Shown here in pieces: positions 17,648 through 26,599 of a stretch of 47,048 nucleotides of DNA. The notes under the pieces were generated by a model. The model ran no database searches and was not told the DNA's origin. It worked only from the letters and a program-made list of their open reading frames with translations. The translations under genes were made by a program, and so were the position numbers. Each line of letters opens with the position of its first letter. Position 1 is the stretch's first letter. The DNA comes from an uncultured Gammaproteobacteria bacterium (GTDB lineage: Bacteria; Cyanobacteriota; Vampirovibrionia; LMEP-6097): NCBI GenBank assembly GCA_964410425.1, contig CAYPGT010000005.1, positions 13,656 to 60,703 of the forward strand, in the 5' to 3' direction.

Positions 17648-19447
17648 ATGACCCCAGAACAAGTACTGTTACAAACTTTTACCATTGCAATTTTTGCAGG
17701 TATTTTGATACAGGTACTTACTGAGAAATTTAAGATGCCTGGAATCGTTTTTTTGATTCTGACTGGCGCTAGCCTTGGACCACAATGTCTTGGCTTAATT
17801 CATCCAGAGGTTTTAGGTGATGGTTTGGCAGTGCTTATTTCATTGGGTGTAGCTTTGATTCTGTTTGAAGGTGGTTTGTGCTTAGATCTTAATTCGCTTA
17901 AGACTGTAAATAAATCTGTTTATAACATGACGGTTATCGGTACACTGATACATATTATTGGTGGAGCGGTACTTGCTCATTATTTGGTAGGTTTGAGCTG
18001 GGGTATCTCTGTGCTTTATGGATCGTTCATTAGCATTGCTGGTATCACTGCTATTAATCTAATATTGGATCGTGTCAAAGTTAAGAAAGAAGTCACCACC
18101 ATTATGCGTAGTGAAGGGATCTTTTCCGATGCTATTGGTGCTTTTCTTTCGGTCGGTATCCTTCAGTTTATTCTTGCTGCTAAAGGCGCGTCAGTAGTGG
18201 TTTTGATCTATCAGTTTACAGAGAGGCTTTTTGTTGGAGTATTCATTGGTTTCTTGATGGGTTGGATCTTAGGTAAGATTCTTAAACATAAATTGGTTAG
18301 TCTCGAGTTAATTAATCTTGCAGTTTTGGCTTGGGTTTTCATGACTTACTTCTTAAGTAATTTAGTTGAGAGTAATACTGGAATTATGGCTGTTGCTGTA
18401 GCAGGTTTTGCCGTACAAAGAGAGAAAATTCCACAACTGGCTACTTTGAAATATTTTAAGAGTCAGCTTACAGTCTTGTTTATAGCGGTTCTTTTTATAC
18501 TCATTTCTGCCGACTTAGATTTAAGTATTCTTAGTAAGGTTGGTGGATTAGGGGTGATAGTTTCATTACTAATTATATTTGTGGTTAGACCTTTAGCAGT
18601 TTTCACTTCTAATCATGGTCTACTAAGTTTTAAGGATAAGGTGTTTATTTCTTGGATTGGACCTAAGGGTATTGTGGCAGCCTCGGTAGCTTCTTTGTTT
18701 AAGCTGATCTTAGAGAAGAACGGCATTGAGCAAGGGATGATACTTGAGTCGCTGGTCTTCGTTACTATTATTATCACGGAAACTTTACCTGGTTTAACTG
18801 CGCGTAGCATGGCTAGATGGTGTGATTGTTTAGTTACTATGAATAGCATTATTGTTGTTGGTGCTAATGCTTTAGGACGTACTCTGGCTATGGCTTTTAA
18901 GGAGATTGGTAAGCCCGTAATTTTAATCGATAATAATATTGATCGCTGTAAGATTGCTGAAGATGAAGGATTGGAAGTGATACATGGTAATTGTTTAGAT
19001 CCGCAAGTATTGGAGGCTGCTAATGCTGAGAGAACTTCTGTCTTGATTGCTACTACAGCTAATGCTGAAGTAAATTTTTTAGCTTGTAAACTCGCTAAGG
19101 AGCTTTATAAAATCCCTGAACTTTATCCTGCCATAGATTTACCTCATAAGGGTTTGCAGCATGATCTGGTGGAAGAGATTGGCGGTAATTTAGCCTATGC
19201 TAAGCCTGTCTCAATAGAAGACTGGAAGGCAGCTATTGATGCTAATGAAGTTAAAATTGTGGATATTATGCTTACGGGTAAGGGTGGAATTCTCAGTGGT
19301 ATCGAGCTTGAGGGCTTAGATTCTTTTGATTGGATTCCACTAATACTAAAATCTAAGGACAAGTATTTCTTTGCCCATGCAGATCAAATCTGGCATCAAT
19401 CCGATTTATTGATTTATTTAGTTAAGAGTCCTAAAGCTATTTCTTAA
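17648..19447 (+). CDS. CPA1 cation:proton antiporter (NhaP-type) with C-terminal TrkA-N/RCK domain
   Basis: About 12 TM segments, ILFEGGL, SEGIFSD, WIGPKGIVAASVAS; Rossmann IIVVGANALG. Confidence 0.88.
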   Translation: MTPEQVLLQTFTIAIFAGILIQVLTEKFKMPGIVFLILTGASLGPQCLGLIHPEVLGDGLAVLISLGVALILFEGGLCLDLNSLKTVNKSVYNMTVIGTLIHIIGGAVLAHYLVGLSWGISVLYGSFISIAGITAINLILDRVKVKKEVTTIMRSEGIFSDAIGAFLSVGILQFILAAKGASVVVLIYQFTERLFVGVFIGFLMGWILGKILKHKLVSLELINLAVLAWVFMTYFLSNLVESNTGIMAVAVAGFAVQREKIPQLATLKYFKSQLTVLFIAVLFILISADLDLSILSKVGGLGVIVSLLIIFVVRPLAVFTSNHGLLSFKDKVFISWIGPKGIVAASVASLFKLILEKNGIEQGMILESLVFVTIIITETLPGLTARSMARWCDCLVTMNSIIVVGANALGRTLAMAFKEIGKPVILIDNNIDRCKIAEDEGLEVIHGNCLDPQVLEAANAERTSVLIATTANAEVNFLACKLAKELYKIPELYPAIDLPHKGLQHDLVEEIGGNLAYAKPVSIEDWKAAIDANEVKIVDIMLTGKGGILSGIELEGLDSFDWIPLILKSKDKYFFAHADQIWHQSDLLIYLVKSPKAIS

Positions 19448-19449
19448 AA

Positions 19450-19659
19450 CTACGCTTTCTTAGCAGCACCGTATTTCTTCTGGAATTTATCAATTCTACC
19501 TGCGGTATCTATAACCTTATTAGTACCAGCAAAGAATGGGTGACATGAAGAACAAATCTCAACCCTAAGTGAATCGAGGGTACTTTCTATTTGGAACTCA
19601 CCACCACAGATGCAGGTAGCTGTAATCACTTGAGTTTTAGGATGAATGCCTTGTTTCAT
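19450..19659 (-). CDS. rpmE: 50S ribosomal protein L31 (Zn-binding type)
   Basis: [34 protein letters not shown]. Confidence 0.97.
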   Translation of the reverse strand: MKQGIHPKTQVITATCICGGEFQIESTLDSLRVEICSSCHPFFAGTNKVIDTAGRIDKFQKKYGAAKKA

Positions 19660-19735
19660 AATCGATTTAATATTAGCATATTGGCTTTGCTAAGCAGCGA
19701 ATGACCAAGTCTTAAAGGATAAAAAAACTATTAAT

Positions 19736-20152
19736 TTAGCTAAAACTAGGCAAAATAGGCTCTATTTGAGCGTGTGGGTCTTGTGAAAGCATATCAATTA
19801 AAGCTTCTTGTTTAGCCGTGAGCTTCTCAAAATCTGCCAATTGTTGGTTAAGTTTTTTGTTTAATTCTAATAATTTATGTAATTCATCGTATAGGTTCTT
19901 AAGCTCTTTTTCACGCTCATTTAACTGCCAGTCTAATTTCTGAATCTCAAAATTTTTGTCATCGATTTCCTTAGTTAGGAACTCTACTTCTGCGTCTGAA
20001 TTCTTACTTGATTTAGATTGCTTGAACTGAATAAATTTAGAGGCATCTTCAGAACCAATATCCCATAAGCTATCAAATCCAATCAAGTTTACTTCAGAAC
20101 TCGAATCGACTCCTGATAGTTGGCCCTGTCTTGAATTAGTTTTCTTATCCAT
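19736..20152 (-). CDS. Hypothetical coiled-coil protein
   Basis: 138-aa ORF with heptad-rich C-terminal half. Confidence 0.65.
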   Translation of the reverse strand: MDKKTNSRQGQLSGVDSSSEVNLIGFDSLWDIGSEDASKFIQFKQSKSSKNSDAEVEFLTKEIDDKNFEIQKLDWQLNEREKELKNLYDELHKLLELNKKLNQQLADFEKLTAKQEALIDMLSQDPHAQIEPILPSFS

Positions 20153-20267
20153 AGAGAAAATTTAGCTTATAAATACATTTTAATTTATTTATGGGATTAG
20201 TCAAATGCGCATGAAATATGCCAAAAAATATTACGTATTTAGCATAATTAAGCTAAAATTATGCACT

Positions 20268-21200
20268 ATGGCAGAAGAGCTTCAATCAGACACTAAGATT
20301 AAATCCAAAAAGACTAGCTTCAAGAAGAATGTGAATACAGCTAATGTTGACAGTGATGATTACAGCGAAATGCCAGATAAGCATCAATTACCGGCACTTT
20401 TAGATGAGACCCCAGTGGCATTAGGTAATCGCCTCAAACGTATTGAAGAGCAATTACTCTCAATTTATGAAAGACAAAAGAGTGGTGTCTCAGCTGAATT
20501 TAGTGCCTTAATGGATGGTTACGTTAATAAAGCCAATGAGAGTCAGGAGTTTAAGGTTAAGTTTGAAAATATTTTTAGTCAGTATGAAGAATTGAAGATT
20601 GAGTTTAAGACTCAGCGTGAAGAAAATAAAAAACTTAAGCTTGATATGGATGCCGCGAAAGAAGCTCTAAGAAGCTCAGAGACTGAATTGCAGCGTAATC
20701 GAAAGGATTCTGAGAATAATAAGCTTCGCTACGACGAGCAAATCTCTGATCTTATTCAAGAACGTGAAAAGCTCAAAACCAAACTTAAGCAATTAATGGA
20801 TCACCAGGAGAAAAGCGCTGTTGATTATAATGATCTTAAAGCTGAATTATTAGAGTTTAAGTATAAGACTAAACAGTTAGAACAAGAGAAAGAAGTAGAA
20901 GTTGAAACTGCAAAACGCAGTGTCAGAGAGTCAAACAAGATTATTGATGAATTAAAAGAAAAACTAGATTTGAGAACTAGAGAAGTAGAATATAAAGATG
21001 CTCTCTTAAATCAGCTTATTAAGCAAGTTTCAGCAGAAGAATCATTGCATGATGTTGTTGGAGAAGGTTTAGGACACCACGCTAATGAATATCCTAGACA
21101 TCATAGTTATGAAGAATTACAAGAGAGACCTAAGCCTAGATCTGAGATTAGGATTGAAGATAGTAACGATGGTCCTAGTTGGGGAGCCTTTCGTAAATAA
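20268..21200 (+). CDS. Hypothetical long coiled-coil protein
   Basis: ORF 20205-21200; start placed at MAEEL (20268), 8 nt after TAAAAT; E/K-rich heptads. Confidence 0.7.
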   Translation: MAEELQSDTKIKSKKTSFKKNVNTANVDSDDYSEMPDKHQLPALLDETPVALGNRLKRIEEQLLSIYERQKSGVSAEFSALMDGYVNKANESQEFKVKFENIFSQYEELKIEFKTQREENKKLKLDMDAAKEALRSSETELQRNRKDSENNKLRYDEQISDLIQEREKLKTKLKQLMDHQEKSAVDYNDLKAELLEFKYKTKQLEQEKEVEVETAKRSVRESNKIIDELKEKLDLRTREVEYKDALLNQLIKQVSAEESLHDVVGEGLGHHANEYPRHHSYEELQERPKPRSEIRIEDSNDGPSWGAFRK

Positions 21201-21203
21201 CTA

Positions 21204-22034
21204 ATGGGTTTGATCGTATATCCTCCACAGGATCACAGTACGGATAGTCCAAGTATTTTTTTTATAGGTTCTGCTAAAAGTTATTGTTTAATCAATGCTA
21301 AAAATGTTGAGCTCGTTTATGCTGGAAATTTCTGTCCAGTGTTTGATCTAAATATTGGTGAGAATATTTTTAAGATTGAGATTGATGGAGTTAAGTTTGC
21401 ATCTAGAGTAACTAGACTGGATCGCCACGTCGGGCTTCGCCCTCCTCGCGATGACGAATTCAAAGCTCTTCAGAATAATTATACTCCTCGCGATGACGCA
21501 TCTCTGAGTATCTGTATAGATCCTGGTCACGGTGGCTCTGCTCGTGGAAGCTGCTCACCAAAAGGTGTTGCAGAGAAGGACTTGAACTTAGGTTTAGCTA
21601 AAATAATTAAAGCTGAATTAGAGAAGAAAGATATAGGAACTGTTCTTACTAGAGATGCTGATATAGATTTGAGTTTGGCTGATAGAGTAAAAATTGCTCA
21701 GGAAAACAACTGTGACTTATTTATTTCTATACATCATAATGCTATTCCTGATAATGAAAATCCTCTAGAACATAGAGGTATATCAGTTCATTACTATTAC
21801 GATGAAAATATTGCTTTAGCTGAAAAAATATTGAAATCTTTAGTTGAAGTTACTGGCTTATCCTCTGCGGGAATTATCAAACAAAACTTACATGTTTTAA
21901 GAGAGAATACTCAAATGCCAGCTGTCTTAATAGAATTTGGTTATTTAATTCATCCCATAGAGTCTGAAATAATTTGTGACCAAGCTTTTCAGGAAAATGC
22001 TGCAAAGGCAATAGCTAAGGTCTTAAATAGTTAA
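21204..22034 (+). CDS. N-acetylmuramoyl-L-alanine amidase (Amidase_3)
   Basis: IDPGHGG, EKDLNL, LTRD, FISIHHNA, PAVLIEFGY. Confidence 0.92.
   Translation: MGLIVYPPQDHSTDSPSIFFIGSAKSYCLINAKNVELVYAGNFCPVFDLNIGENIFKIEIDGVKFASRVTRLDRHVGLRPPRDDEFKALQNNYTPRDDASLSICIDPGHGGSARGSCSPKGVAEKDLNLGLAKIIKAELEKKDIGTVLTRDADIDLSLADRVKIAQENNCDLFISIHHNAIPDNENPLEHRGISVHYYYDENIALAEKILKSLVEVTGLSSAGIIKQNLHVLRENTQMPAVLIEFGYLIHPIESEIICDQAFQENAAKAIAKVLNS
21417..21498. repeat. GC-rich REP/RPE-like element inside the amidase coding sequence
   Basis: CTGGATCGCCACGTCGGGCTTCGCCCTCCTCGCGATGACG at 21417-21456, plus a second CTCCTCGCGATGACG at 21484-21498. Confidence 0.7.
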
Positions 22035-22087
22035 TTTATTATTAGTACTAATCTATTGTTATATAATAAATATACTTTCGATTTTAT

Positions 22088-23737
22088 ATGAAAGAATACT
22101 TAGAAAATAACTTTGATACCGTTGTAATTGGTTCAGGTATAGCTGGGCTAAACTTGGCACGTAAATTAGCGCAAGCCGGTCAGAAAGTTTTTATATGTTC
22201 TAAGGAAGCTATTACAGAAGGATCCAGTAAGTATGCTCAAGGTGGAGTGGCAGTAGTTAGTCCTCTCAACCCAGAAGATAACTTGGATAGTCATATACAA
22301 GATACCTTGAGTGCCGGTAAGGGACTATGTAACCAAGACGTAGTTCGTAAAATACTTGAGATGTCTTGGGATAAGGTTAACGAGCTTATTAAGCTAGGAG
22401 TCACGTTTGACAAGCATTTTAATATAGAGGGTTCTCATGGCTATAAGCGTATTATGCATGTGGGAGATTCTACTGGTAGAGCTATTGTTAAACCTTTGGT
22501 AGATAATGTTTCTAGAAACTTGAATATATTAATCTCTCAGGGAACTGAGGCTGTGAGCTTAATTAAAGACAAGCTACGTAATAAGATTATTGGGGTGCGC
22601 TTATCTCTTATTTCTGGTGATGAGTTTGATGTTTGGGCTGATAATGTAGTACTAGCCACTGGTGGTCTAGCCGCTCTCTATCAGGATTATACTTGTCCGA
22701 GTATCCTAACAGGTGATGGTATTGCACTGGCTTATGATGCAGGAGCGAAAGTAGAGAATCTGGAGTTTATTCAGTTTCATCCGACTGTATTTAAGACTAA
22801 GACTGGCAAGAATTTTCTTATCTCAGAAGCTTTGCGTGGGGCTGGCGCTACTTTGAGAAACTCTAAGGAGGCATTGTTTGCTAACAAATATCACCCTGAT
22901 GCAGAGCTTGCGACTAGAGATATAGTAAGCCGTGCCATTTGTTCAGAGATGAAGAATACTGACTCTGATTATGTTTTCATAGATGCTAGACATTTGGGTG
23001 AAGAGTTTTTGCAGAGAGAGTTTCCTACTATTTATAGTTTTTGTTTAAAGCATGGCTTTAACTTGTCTCAGGATTTATTGCCGGTGAGACCTGCTGCACA
23101 TTATAGTGTTGGTGGTATTAAGACCGATGTCTATGGAAGAACTAATCTTGCTGGTTTATTTGCTTTAGGCGAGTGTGCTTCTAATGGTTTTCATGGAGCT
23201 AATAGGCTTGCTAGTAATTCTTTGCTTGAGTGTATCGTTATTCCTGATTTAGTTGCAGAGGCTATTCTTGCAGACGAATTTAATATTGCTAATCAAAAGC
23301 TAGAAAGTTCACTTGAACAATTAGAAAGAGCTAAAGCCAAAATAGAAAACCCTAGTTTCGTTATTGATGATGAGTTTGATGATATGGCAAATGTCGAATA
23401 TTGTTCTAGTTATTTTGTTGCTATTGATTATGATGAAATTCAGTCACATAAAGAATTGGTAGACAATATTAGATCAGTAATGAGCAAAAATTTAGGTGTA
23501 GAGAGAAGAGAGAAATCTATCAGATCAACAGTTAAATTCTTGGAAGGTTTAGAAGAATCTAAGGAGAAAACAGTAGCTCTACTTATAGCTAATTCAGCTC
23601 TGCAGCGTAAAGAGAGTCGTGGAGTGCATTTTAGAGTGGATGCTCCTCGTTCTTTGCTTGCTTATGAACGTCCTACGATTCTGTCGAAAGAATCAGGGAC
23701 TATAAAGGAAGCTCGTAGAATCAGGATTAATGTATGA
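22088..23737 (+). CDS. nadB: L-aspartate oxidase
   Basis: GSGIAGL, SKYAQGG, LATGG, EFIQFHPT, LISEALRG, HYSVGG, HGANRLASNSLLE, RKESRGVH. Confidence 0.93.
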   Translation: MKEYLENNFDTVVIGSGIAGLNLARKLAQAGQKVFICSKEAITEGSSKYAQGGVAVVSPLNPEDNLDSHIQDTLSAGKGLCNQDVVRKILEMSWDKVNELIKLGVTFDKHFNIEGSHGYKRIMHVGDSTGRAIVKPLVDNVSRNLNILISQGTEAVSLIKDKLRNKIIGVRLSLISGDEFDVWADNVVLATGGLAALYQDYTCPSILTGDGIALAYDAGAKVENLEFIQFHPTVFKTKTGKNFLISEALRGAGATLRNSKEALFANKYHPDAELATRDIVSRAICSEMKNTDSDYVFIDARHLGEEFLQREFPTIYSFCLKHGFNLSQDLLPVRPAAHYSVGGIKTDVYGRTNLAGLFALGECASNGFHGANRLASNSLLECIVIPDLVAEAILADEFNIANQKLESSLEQLERAKAKIENPSFVIDDEFDDMANVEYCSSYFVAIDYDEIQSHKELVDNIRSVMSKNLGVERREKSIRSTVKFLEGLEESKEKTVALLIANSALQRKESRGVHFRVDAPRSLLAYERPTILSKESGTIKEARRIRINV

Positions 23738-25155
23738 AGGTAAGGACACGCATAGCTCCCAGCCCCACTGGTAACCTGCATATAGGTACAGTGAGAACTG
23801 CACTTTATAATTTACTTTTCGCGAAGCATTTTGCTGGAGATTTTTATTTTCGTTTAGAGGATACTGACACAGAGAGAAATAGAGATGAGTATACTCAAGA
23901 GATAATTGAAGGTTTTAAGCATTTAGGAATTGAATGGGATGGTGAGATAGTAAGACAGTCGCTTAGAGCTGATATACATAGAAACTATGTCGATCAATTA
24001 ATTCAAGCAGGCAAGGCTTACAAGTGTTATGCTACACCTCAAGAGTTAGAAGACTTGCGTAAAGAGCAGCGAGCTAAGAAGATAGCAGAGGGCTATGATA
24101 ATCGTTCTCGGACTTTAAGCAAGGAAGAGGCTAACAGGCTTGAAGCTGAAGGTAAACCCTATGTTATACGTCTCAATCTAGGTGCTGATCGTAATATTGA
24201 ATGGCAGGATGTTATTCGTGGAGAGATGTCTATTAATACTAAGGACCTTGGTGGTGACCCTGTCATCCAAAAACATAATGGTCAAGTTCTTTATAATTTT
24301 GCTGTAGTTGTTGATGATCATGATATGTCTATTACCCATGTTTTTAGAGGTGAAGATCATTTAACTAATACGGCCAAGCAAATAGCTATTTATGAGGCTT
24401 TTGGATTCCCGGTTCCAATTTTTGGACATTTACCTTTGATATTCACAAAGGATAAACAGAAACTTTCTAAGCGTAAACATGGTGATATAGCGGGTGTCGA
24501 TAAATATATACGTGAAGGCTATTTACCAGAAGCTTTAGTGAATTACTTAGTAGCTACTAGCTATACTGCTCCTACGGGAACTGTTCAAGAATTATATTTG
24601 ATTAAAGATGCCATTAAGGATTTTAATATAGAGGGTATGAGTAAAAGTCCAGCTATCTATGATATCCAAAAGCTTAACTGGTTCAACCGTGAGTATATGG
24701 CGAAGCTTAGTTTTGATGAACTTGTTTCTAATCTGAAGCCTTTTCTTAAATATGATCTTTCTGAATATTCTGTTGATGATCAGAAGTTAATGATTGATTC
24801 TATAAGAGGTAACTTAAATAAGTTTGATGATATTAATGAAAATATTTCTTATTTCTTTGAGGATAATATAGAGATTGATCCTAAATTATCCAAGTCACTA
24901 GCTGAATCTAAAATTCTTCTAGAATCTTTAGCTAAATCGCTTGAGAATCCTGATTTAGATTGGACTAACTCTGTTGCTTTGAAAGATGCTATTAATACTT
25001 TGGGTGATAATTTAGGACTTCATGGAAAGCAGTTATTCTTACCTATAAGAGTTGCTATTAGTGGTATTTCTCATGGACCTGACTTAGGATTAGTCATGTA
25101 TTTATTGGGAAAAGATTTGGTTTTGAAGCGAATTAAACAAGCCCTTGCTATATAA
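23734..25155 (+). CDS. gltX: Glutamate--tRNA ligase
   Basis: RIAPSPTGNLHIG, RLEDTD, RGEDH, KLSKR, GPDL. Confidence 0.95.
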   Translation: MKVRTRIAPSPTGNLHIGTVRTALYNLLFAKHFAGDFYFRLEDTDTERNRDEYTQEIIEGFKHLGIEWDGEIVRQSLRADIHRNYVDQLIQAGKAYKCYATPQELEDLRKEQRAKKIAEGYDNRSRTLSKEEANRLEAEGKPYVIRLNLGADRNIEWQDVIRGEMSINTKDLGGDPVIQKHNGQVLYNFAVVVDDHDMSITHVFRGEDHLTNTAKQIAIYEAFGFPVPIFGHLPLIFTKDKQKLSKRKHGDIAGVDKYIREGYLPEALVNYLVATSYTAPTGTVQELYLIKDAIKDFNIEGMSKSPAIYDIQKLNWFNREYMAKLSFDELVSNLKPFLKYDLSEYSVDDQKLMIDSIRGNLNKFDDINENISYFFEDNIEIDPKLSKSLAESKILLESLAKSLENPDLDWTNSVALKDAINTLGDNLGLHGKQLFLPIRVAISGISHGPDLGLVMYLLGKDLVLKRIKQALAI

Positions 25156-25165
25156 TATATAACTA

Positions 25166-25741
25166 ATGTCGGTAGTAATGTCAGAACAGGCTATTAGTGA
25201 AATTAAATCTAAACTTAGGGCTAAAGCTAAGGCTGAGCTTGCGGATTTACTTGCTGATAGAGAAGATTTCTACAAACGCCAACAAGAATTAATTGATCAA
25301 ATTGAATTGAGTCCTGAGTTTAAGAAATCTCAAACCATACTACTTTACTATCCACTGACAGATGAGTTTGACTTAAGTTCTATGATTATTAGTAACCCCG
25401 ATAAGCGTTGGGTCTTACCCAGAGCGATTGGCAAGGCGCGTATGCTTTTGTTTGAAGCTGGAGATTTATTTAATTTAGTGGATTCTAAGTATGGCACTAA
25501 AGCTCCTCCTGCTACTAATAAATTGGTTAAAGCTTCTGAACTTGACCTGGTAATAGTGCCAGCACTAGCATTTAATAAAGATTCTTATCGTTTGGGTAGA
25601 GGCGGCGGTTACTATGATCGATTATTAAACCAAATCTCTAAGAAATGTAAATCAATCGGTGTCTGCTTTTCAGAGTTACTATGGGATTCGATTCCAGTAG
25701 ATAAGCATGACATCGCGGTGAAGAAACTAATCGCAGTTTAA
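25166..25741 (+). CDS. ygfA: 5-formyltetrahydrofolate cyclo-ligase
   Basis: DLVIVPALAF...RLGRGGGYYDR, HDI motif. Confidence 0.92.
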   Translation: MSVVMSEQAISEIKSKLRAKAKAELADLLADREDFYKRQQELIDQIELSPEFKKSQTILLYYPLTDEFDLSSMIISNPDKRWVLPRAIGKARMLLFEAGDLFNLVDSKYGTKAPPATNKLVKASELDLVIVPALAFNKDSYRLGRGGGYYDRLLNQISKKCKSIGVCFSELLWDSIPVDKHDIAVKKLIAV

Positions 25742-26575
25742 TTAACACTTCACGGCTTGACTAAATCCCTGAGTCATAGCTTCTATTAAGCCATCTGTGA
25801 TTTCTTTGCCTGTCCAGAGACTGAGTGACTGTGCTGCTTGCAATATAAGCATTTTAGAACCGTCTATGGTTTGATGTTTGCATTTTTTTGCTTCTTCTAA
25901 GAATTGAGTTTCTGAATATATTAGATCGTAAACTATAGTCCCAGCTCTTAATAGTTCTATTTGCTCAATAGTAATAGGCATGCTATTTCCAAGGCGCCCT
26001 TGACCCACTGGAGTAGCATTAACTATTAGTGCTGAATTACTAAAATTCTCTTCTTCTGTATAGAGTTTTAGATTGATGTGTGTCTTTTTGACCTTAGGTA
26101 AAGTACCTTCTATCTTATGAATATTTCTAACATAGATATTTATCTCTTCGACACCCATATCTTCTAATGCAATGATTATGGCTCTAGAAGCTCCTCCAGC
26201 GCCAATAATAGACACAGGCTTACCCTTAAGATCAGCATCTTCTAATGATTTACTGAAGCCCCAATAGTCAGTGTTGTAACCGTGTATTTGACCATCTTTG
26301 ATCACGAGAGTATTCGTAGCTCCAATACGTTCTACCAATGGGTCTCTATAATTCAAATACTTTGTAATACTTTGCTTGTAAGGGATAGTGACGTTTAGTC
26401 CATTAAGTTCATGAAACAGTAAATTAATTTTACTGTTAAACTCTTCAGGCGCTACTTCAAACAGATCATAAGAACCTTCGATACCCAGATAATGTAAGCC
26501 TGCTTGTTGAATTTGTGGTGATTTACTGTGAGCTAATGTGCTGCCGAGTACGCCAAGTTTAAGTGGTTTGCTCAT
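25742..26575 (-). CDS. aroE: Shikimate dehydrogenase
   Basis: HSKSP, GLNVTIPYK, GATNT, GYNTD, IGAGGAS, NATPVG; ATG at 26575 preferred over TTG at 26584. Confidence 0.95.
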   Translation of the reverse strand: MSKPLKLGVLGSTLAHSKSPQIQQAGLHYLGIEGSYDLFEVAPEEFNSKINLLFHELNGLNVTIPYKQSITKYLNYRDPLVERIGATNTLVIKDGQIHGYNTDYWGFSKSLEDADLKGKPVSIIGAGGASRAIIIALEDMGVEEINIYVRNIHKIEGTLPKVKKTHINLKLYTEEENFSNSALIVNATPVGQGRLGNSMPITIEQIELLRAGTIVYDLIYSETQFLEEAKKCKHQTIDGSKMLILQAAQSLSLWTGKEITDGLIEAMTQGFSQAVKC

Positions 26576-26599
26576 CAAGAACAATATACCCTTATCAAG

